This document shows positions 1-13,030 of a stretch of DNA of 64,000 bases, in pieces. This DNA comes from Eledone cirrhosa (taxonomy: Eukaryota). The position numbers and the translations under genes are program-made. Within the stretch, counting starts at the first letter, position 1; each line of letters starts with the position of its first letter. The notes below the pieces were generated by a model that was not told where the DNA came from, ran no database searches, and saw nothing but the letters and a program-made list of their open reading frames with translations. Location: contig OZ024744.1 in assembly GCA_964016885.1 (NCBI GenBank), positions 868,001 to 932,000 on the forward strand, written 5' to 3'.

Positions 1-3000
1 ACGAAATTTTGAGGGAAGACAAGGTAGAGAAAGATAGCTTGGTGAAGAACGAAGTTTTGAGGGAAGACAAGGTAGAGAAAGATAGCTTGGTGAAGAACGA
101 AGTTTTGGGGGAAGACAAGGTAGAGAAAGATAGCTTGGTGAAGAACGAAGTTTTGAGGGAAGACAAGGTAGAGAAAGATAGTTGGTGAAGAACGAAATTT
201 TGAGGGAAGACAAGGTAGAGAAAAATAGCTTGGTGAAGAACGACGTTTTGAGGGAAGACAAAGTAGAGAAAGATAGCTTGGTGAAGAACGAAGTTTTGGG
301 GGAAGACAAGGTAGAGAAAGATAGCTTGATGAAGTACGAAGTTTTGGGGGAAGACAAGGTAGAGAAAGATAGCTTGGTGAAGAACGACGTTTTGAGGGAA
401 GACAAGGTAGAGAAAGATAGCTTGGTGAAGAACGAAGTTTTGGGGGAAGACAAGGTAGAGAAAGATAGCTTGATGAAGTACGAAGTTTTGGGGGAAGACA
501 AGGTAGAGAAAGATAGCTTGGTGAAGAACGACGTTTTGTGGGAAGACAAAGTAGAGAAACATAGTTGGTGAAGAACGAAGTTTTGAGGGAAGACAAGGTA
601 GAGAAAGATAGCTTGATGAAGAACGAAGTTTTGAGGGAAGACAAGGTAGAGAAAGATAGCTTGGTGAAGAACGAAGTTTTGAGGGAAGACAAGGTAGAGA
701 AAGATAGCTTCATGAAGAACGAAGTTTTGAGGGAAGACAAGGTAGAGAAAGATAGCTTGGTGAAGAACGAAGTTTTGAGGGAAGACAAAGTATAGAAAGA
801 TAGCTTGGTGAAGAACGAAGTTTTGGGGGAAGACAATGTAGAGAAAGATAGCTTGATGAAGAACGAAGTTTTGAGGGAAGACAAGGTAGAGAGAGATAGC
901 CTGGTGAAGAACGAAGTTTTGGGGGATGACAAAGTAGAGAAAGATAGCTTGGTGAAGAACGAAGTTTTGGGGGAAGACAAGGTAGAGAAAGATAGCTTGA
1001 TGAAGAACAAAGTTTTGGGGGAAGACAAGGAAGAGGAAGATAGCTTGGTGAAGAACGAAGTTTTAGGGAAGACAAGGTAGAGAAAGATAGCTTGGTGAAG
1101 AACGAAGTTTTGGGGGAAGACAAGGTAGAGAAAGATAGCTTGGTGAAGAACGAAGTTTTGCGGAAGACAAGGTAGAGAAATATAGCTCGGTGAAGAACGA
1201 AGTTTTGAGGGAAGACAAGGTAGAGAAACATAGTTGGTGAAGAACGAAGTTTTGAGAGAAGACAAGGTAGAGAAAGATAGCTTGGTGAAGAACGAGGTTT
1301 TGAGGGAAGACAAGGTAGAGAAAGATAGCTTGGTGAAGAACGAAGTTTTGGGGGAAGACAAGGTAGAGAAAGATAGCTTCATAAAGAACGAAGTTTTGAG
1401 GGAAGACAAGGTAGAGAAAGATAGCTTGGTGAAGAACGAAGTTTTGAGGGAAGACAAAGTATAGAAAGATAGCTTGGTGAAGAACGAAGTTTTGGGGGAA
1501 GACAATGTAGAGAAAGATAGCTTGATGAAGAACGAAGTTTTGAGGGAAGACAAGGTAGAGAAAGATAGCCTGGTGAAGAACGAAGTTTTGGGGGATGACA
1601 AAGTAGAGAAAGATAGCTTGGTGAAGAACGAAGTTTTGGGGGAAGACAAGGTAGAGAAAGATAGCTTGATGAAGAACAAAGTTTTGGGGGAAGACAAGGA
1701 AGAGGAAGATAGCTTGGTGAAGAACGAAGTTTTAGGGAAGACAAGGTAGAGAAAGATAGCTTGGTGAAGAACGAAGTTTTGGGGGAAGACAAGGTAGAGA
1801 AAGATAGCTTGGTGAAGAACGAAGTTTTGCGGAAGACAAGGTAGAGAAATATAGCTCGGTGAAGAACGAAGTTTTGAGGGAAGACAAGGTAGAGAAAGAT
1901 AGTTGGTGAAGAACGAAATTTTGAGGGAAGACAAGGTAGAGAAAGATAGCTTGATGAAGAACAAAGTTTTGAGGGAAGACAAGGTAGAGAAAGATAGCTT
2001 GATGAAGTACGAAGTTTTGGGGGAAGACAAGGTAGAGAAAGATAGCTTGGTGAAGAACGAAGTTTTGAGGGAAGACAAGGTAGAGAAAGATAGCTTGATG
2101 AAGAACGAAGTTTTGAGGGAAGACAAGGTAGGGAAAGATAGCTTGGTGAAGAACGAAGTTTTGAGGGAAGACAAGGTAGAGAAAGATAGCTTGGTGAAGA
2201 ACGACGTTTTGGGGGAAGACAAAGTATAGAAAGATAGCTTGGTGAAGAACGAAGTTTTGGGGGAAGACAATGTAGAGAAAGATAGCTTGATGAAGAATGA
2301 AGTTTTGGGGGAAGACAAGGTAGAGAAAGATAGCTTGGTGAAGAACGAGGTTTTGAGGGAAGACAAGGTAGAGAAAGATAGCTTGGTGAAGAACGAAGTT
2401 TTGGGGGAAGACAAGGTAGAGAAAGATAGCTTGGTGAAGAACGAAGTTTTGAGGGAAGACAAGGTAGAGAAAGATAGCTTGGTGAAGAACGAAGTTTTGG
2501 GGGAAGACAAGGTAGAGAAAGATAGCTTGGTGAAGAACGAAGTTTTGAGGGAAGACAAGGTAGAGAAAGATAGTTGGTGAAGAACGAAATTTTGAGGGAA
2601 GACAAGGTAGAGAAAGATAGCTTGGTGAAGAACGAAGTTTTGAGGGAAGACAAGGTAGAGAAAGATAGCTTGGTGAAGAACGAAGTTTTGGGGGAAGACA
2701 AGGTAGAGAAAGATAGCTTGGTGAAGAACGAAGTTTTGAGGGAAGACAAGGTAGAGAAAGATAGTTGGTGAAGAACGAAATTTTGAGGGAAGACAAGGTA
2801 GAGAAAAATAGCTTGGTGAAGAACGACGTTTTGAGGGAAGACAAAGTAGAGAAAGATAGCTTGGTGAAGAACGAAGTTTTGGGGGAAGACAAGGTAGAGA
2901 AAGATAGCTTGATGAAGTACGAAGTTTTGGGGGAAGACAAGGTAGAGAAAGATAGCTTGGTGAAGAACGACGTTTTGAGGGAAGACAAGGTAGAGAAAGA

Positions 3001-3810
3001 TAGCTTGGTGAAGAACGAAGTTTTGGGGGAAGACAAGGTAGAGAAAGATAGCTTGATGAAGTACGAAGTTTTGGGGGAAGACAAGGTAGAGAAAGATAGC
3101 TTGGTGAAGAACGACGTTTTGTGGGAAGACAAAGTAGAGAAACATAGTTGGTGAAGAACGAAGTTTTGAGGGAAGACAAGGTAGAGAAAGATAGCTTGAT
3201 GAAGAACGAAGTTTTGAGGGAAGACAAGGTAGAGAAAGATAGCTTGGTGAAGAACGAAGTTTTGAGGGAAGACAAGGTAGAGAAAGATAGCTTCATGAAG
3301 AACGAAGTTTTGAGGGAAGACAAGGTAGAGAAAGATAGCTTGGTGAAGAACGAAGTTTTGAGGGAAGACAAAGTATAGAAAGATAGCTTGGTGAAGAACG
3401 AAGTTTTGGGGGAAGACAATGTAGAGAAAGATAGCTTGATGAAGAACGAAGTTTTGAGGGAAGACAAGGTAGAGAAAGATAGCCTGGTGAAGAACGAAGT
3501 TTTGGGGGATGACAAAGTAGAGAAAGATAGCTTGGTGAAGAACGAAGTTTTGGGGGAAGACAAGGTAGAGAAAGATAGCTTGATGAAGAACAAAGTTTTG
3601 GGGGAAGACAAGGAAGAGGAAGATAGCTTGGTGAAGAACGAAGTTTTAGGGAAGACAAGGTAGAGAAAGATAGCTTGGTGAAGAACGAAGTTTTGGGGGA
3701 AGACAAGGTAGAGAAAGATAGCTTGGTGAAGAACGAAGTTTTGCGGAAGACAAGGTAGAGAAATATAGCTCGGTGAAGAACGAAGTTTTGAGGGAAGACA
3801 AGGTAGAGAA
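1..3810. repeat. Block repeat at 2,583-bp offset (54 monomers minus 9 bp): about 1-1225 recurs at about 2584-3810, with a 669-bp (14-mer) repeat inside
   Basis: ORF starts 182/565/805 recur at 2765/3148/3388 (+2583). 805 recurs at 1474 (+669) with the same markers (AGCCTG, GATGACAAA, GAAGAGGAA, TTTAGGG, TTGCGGAAG, TATAGCTCGG). Confidence 0.88.
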
Positions 3811-6800
3811 AGATAGTTGGTGAAGAACGAAATTTTGAGGGAAGACAAGGTAGAGAAAGATAGCTTGATGAAGAACAAAGTTTTGAGGGAAGACAAGGTA
3901 GAGAAAGATAGCTTGATGAAGTACGAAGTTTTGGGGGAAGACAAGGTAGAGAAAGATAGCTTGGTGAAGAACGAAGTTTTGAGGGAAGACAAGGTAGAGA
4001 AAGATAGCTTGGTGAAGAACGAAGTTTTGGGGGAAGACAAGGTAGAGAAAGATAGCTTGGTGAAGAACGAAGTTTTGAGGGAAGACAAGGTAGAGAAAGA
4101 TAGCTTCATGAAGAACGAAGTTTTGAGGGAAGACAAGGTAGAGAAAGATAGCTTGATGAAGTACGAAGTTTTGGGGGAAGACAAGGTAGAGAAAGATAGC
4201 TTGGTGAAGAACGACGTTTTGAGGGAAGACAAGGTAGAGAAAGATAGTTGGTGAAGAACGAAATTTTGAGGGAAGACAAGGTAGAGAAAGATAGCTTGAT
4301 GAAGAACAAAGTTTTGAGGGAAGACAAGGTAGAGAAAGATAGCTTGGTGAAGAACGAAGTTTTGGGGGAAGACAAGGTAGAGAAAGATAGCTTGGTGAAG
4401 AACGAAGTTTTGAGGGAAGACAAGGTAGAGAAAGATAGCTTGATGAAGAACGAAGTTTTGAGGGAAGACAAGGTAGGGAAAGATAGCTTGGTGAAGAACG
4501 AAGTTTTGAGGGAAGACAATGTAGAGAAAGATAGCTTGATGAAGAATGAAGTTTTGGGGGAAGACAAGGTAGAGAAAGATAGCTTGGTGAAGAACGAGGT
4601 TTTGAGGGAAGACAAGGTAGAGAAAGATAGCTTGGTGAAGAACGAAGTTTTGGGGGAAGACAAGGTAGAGAAAGATAGCTTGGTGAAGAACGAAGTTTTG
4701 AGGGAAGACAAGGTAGAGAAAGATAGCTTGGTGAAGAACGAAGTTTTGGGTGAAGACAAGGTAGAGAAAGATAGCTTGGTGAAGAACGAAGTTTTGAGGG
4801 AAGACAAGGTAGAGAAAGATAGTTGGTGAAGAACGAAATTTTGAGGGAAGACAAGGTAGAGAAAGATAGCTTGGTGAAGAACGAAGTTTTGAGGGAAGAC
4901 AAGGTAGAGAAAGATAGCTTGGTGAAGAACGAAGTTTTGGGGGAAGACAAGGTAGAGAAAGATAGCTTGGTGAAGAACGAAGTTTTGAGGGAAGACAAGG
5001 TAGAGAAAGATAGTTGGTGAAGAACGAAATTTTGAGGGAAGACAAGGTAGAGAAAAATAGCTTGGTGAAGAACGACGTTTTGAGGGAAGACAAAGTAGAG
5101 AAAGATAGCTTGGTGAAGAACGAAGTTTTGGGGGAAGACAAGGTAGAGAAAGATAGCTTGATGAAGTACGAAGTTTTGGGGGAAGACAAGGTAGAGAAAG
5201 ATAGCTTGGTGAAGAACGACGTTTTGAGGGAAGACAAGGTAGAGAAAGATAGCTTGGTGAAGAACGAAGTTTTGGGGGAAGACAAGGTAGAGAAAGATAG
5301 CTTGATGAAGTACGAAGTTTTGGGGGAAGACAAGGTAGAGAAAGATAGCTTGGTGAAGAACGACGTTTTGTGGGAAGACAAAGTAGAGAAACATAGTTGG
5401 TGAAGAACGAAGTTTTGAGGGAAGACAAGGTAGAGAAAGATAGCTTGATGAAGAACGAAGTTTTGAGGGAAGACAAGGTAGAGAAAGATAGCTTGGTGAA
5501 GAACGAAGTTTTGAGGGAAGACAAGGTAGAGAAAGATAGCTTCATGAAGAACGAAGTTTTGAGGGAAGACAAGGTAGAGAAAGATAGCTTGGTGAAGAAC
5601 GAAGTTTTGAGGGAAGACAAAGTATAGAAAGATAGCTTGGTGAAGAACGAAGTTTTGGGGGAAGACAATGTAGAGAAAGATAGCTTGATGAAGAACGAAG
5701 TTTTGGGGGAAGACAAGGTAGAGAAAGATAGCTTGGTGAAGAACGAAGTTTTGAGGGAAGACAAGGTAGAGAAAGATAGCTTGGTGAAGAACGAAGTTTT
5801 GAGGGAAGACAAGGTAGAGAAAGATAGCTTGGTGAAGAACGAAGTTTTGGGGGAAGACAAGGTAGAGAAAGATAGCTTGGTGAAGAACGAAGTTTTGAGG
5901 GAAGACAAGGTAGAGAAAGATAGTTGGTGAAGAACGAAATTTTGAGGGAAGACAAGGTAGAGAAAAATAGCTTGGTGAAGAACGACGTTTTGAGGGAAGA
6001 CAAGGTAGAGAAAGATAGCTTGGTGAAGAACGAAGTTTTGGGGGAAGACAAGGTAGAGAAAGATAGCTTGATGAAGTACGAAGTTTTGGGGGAAGACAAG
6101 GTAGAGAAAGATAGCTTGGTGAAGAACGACGTTTTGAGGGAAGACAAGGTAGAGAAAGATAGCTTGGTGAAGAACGAAGTTTTGGGGGAAGACAAGGTAG
6201 AGAAAGATAGCTTGATGAAGTACGAAGTTTTGGGGGAAGACAAGGTAGAGAAAGATAGCTTGGTGAAGAACGACGTTTTGTGGGAAGACAAGTTAGAGAA
6301 ACATAGTTGGTGAAGAACGAAGTTTTGAGGGAAGACAAGGTAGAGAAAGATAGCTTGATGAAGAACGAAGTTTTGAGGGAAGACAAGGTAGAGAAAGATA
6401 GCTTGGTGAAGAACGAAGTTTTGAGGGAAGACAAGGTAGAGAAAGATAGCTTCATGAAGAACGAAGTTTTGGGGGAAGACAAAGTATAGAAAGATAGCTT
6501 GGTGAAGAACGAAGTTTTGGGGGAAGACAATGTAGAAAAAGATAGCTTGATGAAGAACGAAGTTTTGGGGGAAGACAAGGTAGAGAAAGATAGCTTGGTG
6601 AAGAACGAGGTTTTGAGGGAAGACAAGGTAGAGAAAGATAGCTTGGTGAAGAACGAAGTTTTGGGGGAAGACAAGGTAGAGAAAGATAGCTTGGTGAAGA
6701 ACGAAGTTTTGAGGGAAGACAAGGTAGAGAAAGATAGCTTGGTGAAGAACGAAGTTTTGGGGGAAGACAAGGTAGAGAAAGATAGCTTGGTGAAGAACGA

Positions 6801-9800
6801 AGTTTTGAGGGAAGACAAGGTAGAGAAAGATAGTTGGTGAAGAACGAAATTTTGAGGGAAGACAAGGTAGAGAAAAATAGCTTGGTGAAGAACGACGTTT
6901 TGAGGGAAGACAAGGTAGAGAAAGATAGCTTGGTGAAGAACGAAGTTTTGGGGGAAGACAAGGTAGAGAAAGATAGCTTGATGAAGTACGAAGTTTTGGG
7001 GGAAGACAAGGTAGAGAAGGATAGCTTGATGAAGTACGAAGTTTTGGGGGAAGACAAGGTAGAGAAAGATAGCTTGGTGAAGAACGACGTTTTGTGGGAA
7101 GACAAGGTAGAGAAACATAGTTGGTGAAGAACGAAGTTTTGAGGGAAGACAAGGTAGAGAAAGATAGCTTGATGAAGAACGAAGTTTTGAGGGAAGACAA
7201 GGTAGAGAAAGATAGCTTGGTGAAGAACGAAGTTTTGAGGGAAGACAAGGTAGAGAAAGATAGCTTCATGAAGAACGAAGTTTTGAGGGAAGACAAGGTA
7301 GAGAAAGATAGCTTGGTGAAGAACGAAGTTTTGAGGGAAGACAAAGTATAGAAAGATAGCTTGGTGAAGAACGAAGTTTTGGGGGAAGACTATGTAGAGA
7401 AAGATAGCTTGATGAAGAACGAAGTTTTGGGGGAAGACAAGGTAGAGAAAGATAGCTTGGTGAAGAACGAAGTTTTGAGGGAAGACAAGGTAGAGAAAGA
7501 TAGCTTGGTGAAGAACGAAGTTTTGAGGGAAGACAAGGTAGAGAAAGATAGCTTGGTGAAGAACGAAGTTTTGGGGGAAGACAAGGTAGAGAAAGATAGC
7601 TTGGTGAAGAACGAAGTTTTGAGGGAAGACAAGGTAGAGAAAGATAGTTGGTGAAGAACGAAATTTTGAGGGAAGACAAGGTAGAGAAAAATAGCTTGGT
7701 GAAGAACGACGTTTTGAGGGAAGACAAGGTAGAGAAAGATAGCTTGGTGAAGAACGAAGTTTTGGGGGAAGACAAGGTAGAGAAAGATAGCTTGATGAAG
7801 TACGAAGTTTTGGAGGAAGACAAGGTAGAGAAAGATAGCTTGGTGAAGAACGACGTTTTGAGGGAAGACAAGGTAGAGAAAGATAGCTTAGTGAAGAACG
7901 AAGTTTTGGGGGAAGACAAGGTAGAGAAAGATAGCTTGATGAAGTACGAAGTTTTGGGGGAAGACAAGGTAGAGAAAGATAGCTTGGTGAAGAACGACGT
8001 TTTGAGGGAAGACAAGGTAGAGAAAGATAGCTTGGTGAAGAACGAAGTTTTGGGGGAAGACAAGGTAGAGAAAGATAGCTTGATGAAGTACGAAGTTTTG
8101 GGGGAAGACAAGGTAGAGAAAGATAGCTTGGTGAAGAACGACGTTTTGTGGGAAGACAAAGTAGAGAAACATAGTTGGTGAAGAACGAAGTTTTGAGGGA
8201 AGACAAGGTAGAGAAAGATAGCTTGATGAAGAACGAAGTTTTGAGGGAAGACAAGGTAGAGAAAGATAGCTTGGTGAAGAACGAAGTTTTGAGGGAAGAC
8301 AAGGTAGAGAAAGATAGCTTCATGAAGAACGAAGTTTTGAGGGAAGACAAGGTAGAGAAAGATAGCTTGGTGAAGAACGAAGTTTTGAGGGAAGACAAAG
8401 TATAGAAAGATAGCTTGGTGAAGAACGAAGTTTTGGGGGAAGACAATGTAGAGAAAGATAGCTTGATGAAGAACGAAGTTTTGAGGGAAGACAAGGTAGA
8501 GAAAGATAGCCTGGTGAAGAACGAAGTTTTGGGGGATGACAAAGTAGAGAAAGATAGCTTGGTGAAGAACGAAGTTTTGGGGGAAGACAAGGTAGAGAAA
8601 GATAGCTTGATGAAGAACAAAGTTTTGGGGGAAGACAAGGAAGAGGAAGATAGCTTGGTGAAGAACGAAGTTTTAGGGAAGACAAGGTAGAGAAAGATAG
8701 CTTGGTGAAGAACGAAGTTTTGGGGGAAGACAAGGTAGAGAAAGATAGCTTGGTGAAGAACGAAGTTTTGCGGAAGACAAGGTAGAGAAATATAGCTCGG
8801 TGAAGAACGAAGTTTTGAGGGAAGACAAGGTAGAGAAAGATAGTTGGTGAAGAACGAAATTTTGAGGGAAGACAAGGTAGAGAAAGATAGCTTGATGAAG
8901 AACAAAGTTTTGAGGGAAGACAAGGTAGAGAAAGATAGCTTGATGAAGTACGAAGTTTTGGGGGAAGACAAGGTAGAGAAAGATAGCTTGGTGAAGAACG
9001 AAGTTTTGAGGGAAGACAAGGTAGAGAAAGATAGCTTGGTGAAGAACGAAGTTTTGGGGGAAGACAAGGTAGAGAAAGATAGCTTGGTGAAGAACGAAGT
9101 TTTGAGGGAAGACAAGGTAGAGAAAGATAGCTTCATGAAGAACGAAGTTTTGAGGGAAGACAAGGTAGAGAAAGATAGCTTGATGAAGTACGAAGTTTTG
9201 GGGGAAGACAAGGTAGAGAAAGATAGCTTGGTGAAGAACGACGTTTTGAGGGAAGACAAGGTAGAGAAAGATAGTTGGTGAAGAACGAAATTTTGAGGGA
9301 AGACAAGGTAGAGAAAGATAGCTTGATGAAGAACAAAGTTTTGAGGGAAGACAAGGTAGAGAAAGATAGCTTGGTGAAGAACGAAGTTTTGGGGGAAGAC
9401 AAGGTAGAGAAAGATAGCTTGGTGAAGAACGAAGTTTTGAGGGAAGACAAGGTAGAGAAAGATAGCTTGATGAAGAACGAAGTTTTGAGGGAAGACAAGG
9501 TAGGGAAAGATAGCTTGGTGAAGAACGAAGTTTTGAGGGAAGACAATGTAGAGAAAGATAGCTTGATGAAGAATGAAGTTTTGGGGGAAGACAAGGTAGA
9601 GAAAGATAGCTTGGTGAAGAACGAGGTTTTGAGGGAAGACAAGGTAGAGAAAGATAGCTTGGTGAAGAACGAAGTTTTGGGGGAAGACAAGGTAGAGAAA
9701 GATAGCTTGGTGAAGAACGAAGTTTTGAGGGAAGACAAGGTAGAGAAAGATAGCTTGGTGAAGAACGAAGTTTTGGGGGAAGACAAGGTAGAGAAAGATA

Positions 9801-12800
9801 GCTTGGTGAAGAACGAAGTTTTGAGGGAAGACAAGGTAGAGAAAGATAGTTGGTGAAGAACGAAATTTTGAGGGAAGACAAGGTAGAGAAAGATAGCTTG
9901 GTGAAGAACGAGGTTTTGAGGGAAGACAAGGTAGAGAAAGATAGCTTGGTGAAGAACGAAGTTTTGGGGGAAGACAAGGTAGAGAAAGATAGCTTGGTGA
10001 AGAACGAAGTTTTGAGGGAAGACAAGGTAGAGAGAGATAGTTGGTGAAGAACGAAATTTTGAGGGAAGACAAGGTAGAGAAAAATAGCTTGGTGAAGAAC
10101 GACGTTTTGAGGGAAGACAAAGTAGAGAAAGATAGCTTGGTGAAGAACGAAGTTTTGGGGGAAGACAAGGTAGAGAAAGATAGCTTGATGAAGTACGAAG
10201 TTTTGGGGGAAGACAAGGTAGAGAAAGATAGCTTGGTGAAGAACGACGTTTTGAGGGAAGACAAGGTAGAGAAAGATAGCTTGGTGAAGAACGAAGTTTT
10301 GGGGGAAGACAAGGTAGAGAAAGATAGCTTGATGAAGTACGAAGTTTTGGGGGAAGACAAGGTAGAGAAAGATAGCTTGGTGAAGAACGACGTTTTGTGG
10401 GAAGACAAAGTAGAGAAACATAGTTGGTGAAGAACGAAGTTTTGAGGGAAGACAAGGTAGAGAAAGATAGCTTGATGAAGAACGAAGTTTTGAGGGAAGA
10501 CAAGGTAGAGAAAGATAGCTTGGTGAAGAACGAAGTTTTGAGGGAAGACAAGGTAGAGAAAGATAGCTTCATGAAGAACGAAGTTTTGAGGGAAGACAAG
10601 GTAGAGAAAGATAGCTTGGTGAAGAACGAAGTTTTGAGGGAAGACAAAGTATAGAAAGATAGCTTGGTGAAGAACGAAGTTTTGGGGGAAGACAATGTAG
10701 AGAAAGATAGCTTGATGAAGAACGAAGTTTTGGGGGAAGACAAGGTAGAGAAAGATAGCTTGGTGAAGAACGAAGTTTTGAGGGAAGACAAGGTAGAGAA
10801 AGATAGCTTGGTGAAGAACGAAGTTTTGAGGGAAGACAAGGTAGAGAAAGATAGCTTGGTGAAGAACGAAGTTTTGGGGGAAGACAAGGTAGAGAAAGAT
10901 AGCTTGGTGAAGAACGAAGTTTTGAGGGAAGACAAGGTAGAGAAAGATAGTTGGTGAAGAACGAAATTTTGAGGGAAGACAAGGTAGAGAAAAATAGCTT
11001 GGTGAAGAACGACGTTTTGAGGGAAGACAAGGTAGAGAAAGATAGCTTGGTGAAGAACGAAGTTTTGGGGGAAGACAAGGTAGAGAAAGATAGCTTGATG
11101 AAGTACGAAGTTTTGGGGGAAGACAAGGTAGAGAAAGATAGCTTGGTGAAGAACGACGTTTTGAGGGAAGACAAGGTAGAGAAAGATAGCTTGGTGAAGA
11201 ACGAAGTTTTGGGGGAAGACAAGGTAGAGAAAGATAGCTTGATGAAGTACGAAGTTTTGGGGGAAGACAAGGTAGAGAAAGATAGCTTGGTGAAGAACGA
11301 CGTTTTGTGGGAAGACAAGTTAGAGAAACATAGTTGGTGAAGAACGAAGTTTTGAGGGAAGACAAGGTAGAGAAAGATAGCTTGATGAAGAACGAAGTTT
11401 TGAGGGAAGACAAGGTAGAGAAAGATAGCTTGGTGAAGAACGAAGTTTTGAGGGAAGACAAGGTAGAGAAAGATAGCTTCATGAAGAACGAAGTTTTGGG
11501 GGAAGACAAAGTATAGAAAGATAGCTTGGTGAAGAACGAAGTTTTGGGGGAAGACAATGTAGAAAAAGATAGCTTGATGAAGAACGAAGTTTTGGGGGAA
11601 GACAAGGTAGAGAAAGATAGCTTGGTGAAGAACGAGGTTTTGAGGGAAGACAAGGTAGAGAAAGATAGCTTGGTGAAGAACGAAGTTTTGGGGGAAGACA
11701 AGGTAGAGAAAGATAGCTTGGTGAAGAACGAAGTTTTGAGGGAAGACAAGGTAGAGAAAGATAGCTTGGTGAAGAACGAAGTTTTGGGGGAAGACAAGGT
11801 AGAGAAAGATAGCTTGGTGAAGAACGAAGTTTTGAGGGAAGACAAGGTAGAGAAAGATAGTTGGTGAAGAACGAAATTTTGAGGGAAGACAAGGTAGAGA
11901 AAAATAGCTTGGTGAAGAACGACGTTTTGAGGGAAGACAAGGTAGAGAAAGATAGCTTGGTGAAGAACGAAGTTTTGGGGGAAGACAAGGTAGAGAAAGA
12001 TAGCTTGATGAAGTACGAAGTTTTGGGGGAAGACAAGGTAGAGAAGGATAGCTTGATGAAGTACGAAGTTTTGGGGGAAGACAAGGTAGAGAAAGATAGC
12101 TTGGTGAAGAACGACGTTTTGTGGGAAGACAAGGTAGAGAAACATAGTTGGTGAAGAACGAAGTTTTGAGGGAAGACAAGGTAGAGAAAGATAGCTTGAT
12201 GAAGAACGAAGTTTTGAGGGAAGACAAGGTAGAGAAAGATAGCTTGGTGAAGAACGAAGTTTTGAGGGAAGACAAGGTAGAGAAAGATAGCTTCATGAAG
12301 AACGAAGTTTTGAGGGAAGACAAGGTAGAGAAAGATAGCTTGGTGAAGAACGAAGTTTTGAGGGAAGACAAAGTATAGAAAGATAGCTTGGTGAAGAACG
12401 AAGTTTTGGGGGAAGACAATGTAGAGAAAGATAGCTTGATGAAGAACGAAGTTTTGGGGGAAGACAAGGTAGAGAAAGATAGCTTGGTGAAGAACGAAGT
12501 TTTGAGGGAAGACAAGGTAGAGAAAGATAGCTTGGTGAAGAACGAGGTTTTGAGGGAAGACAAGGTAGAGAAAGATAGCTTGGTGAAGAACGAAGTTTTG
12601 GGGGAAGACAAGGTAGAGAAAGATAGCTTGGTGAAGAACGAAGTTTTGAGGGAAGACAAGGTAGAGAAAGATAGTTGGTGAAGAACGAAATTTTGAGGGA
12701 AGACAAGGTAGAGAAAAATAGCTTGGTGAAGAACGACGTTTTGAGGGAAGACAAGGTAGAGAAAGATAGCTTGGTGAAGAACGAAGTTTTGGGGGAAGAC

Positions 12801-13030
12801 AAGGTAGAGAAAGATAGCTTGATGAAGTACGAAGTTTTGGAGGAAGACAAGGTAGAGAAAGATAGCTTGGTGAAGAACGACGTTTTGAGGGAAGACAAGG
12901 TAGAGAAAGATAGCTTAGTGAAGAACGAAGTTTTGGGGGAAGACAAGGTAGAGAAAGATAGCTTGATGAAGTACGAAGTTTTGGGGGAAGACAAGGTAGA
13001 GAAAGATAGCTTGGTGAAGAACGACGTTTT
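2865..13030. repeat. Tandem duplication of a 5,027-bp block (105 monomers minus 13 bp), 2 copies
   Basis: Fifteen ORF starts from 3148 to 7648 recur at exactly +5027 (8175 to 12675). Rare variants are shared at +5027: CAAGTTAG ~6290/~11317, GTAGAAAAA ~6532/~11559, GAGAAGG ~7015/~12042, TTGGAGG ~7810/~12837, CTTAGTG ~7887/~12914. Confidence 0.93.
5014..8180. repeat. Basic 19-mer (910 bp) / 17-mer (814 bp) HOR units
   Basis: The AAAAATAGC-marked unit starts at 5014, 5924, 6834 and 7648 (spacings 910, 910, 814). The 910 spacing is also seen at 27277->28187 and 30103->31013. Confidence 0.85.
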
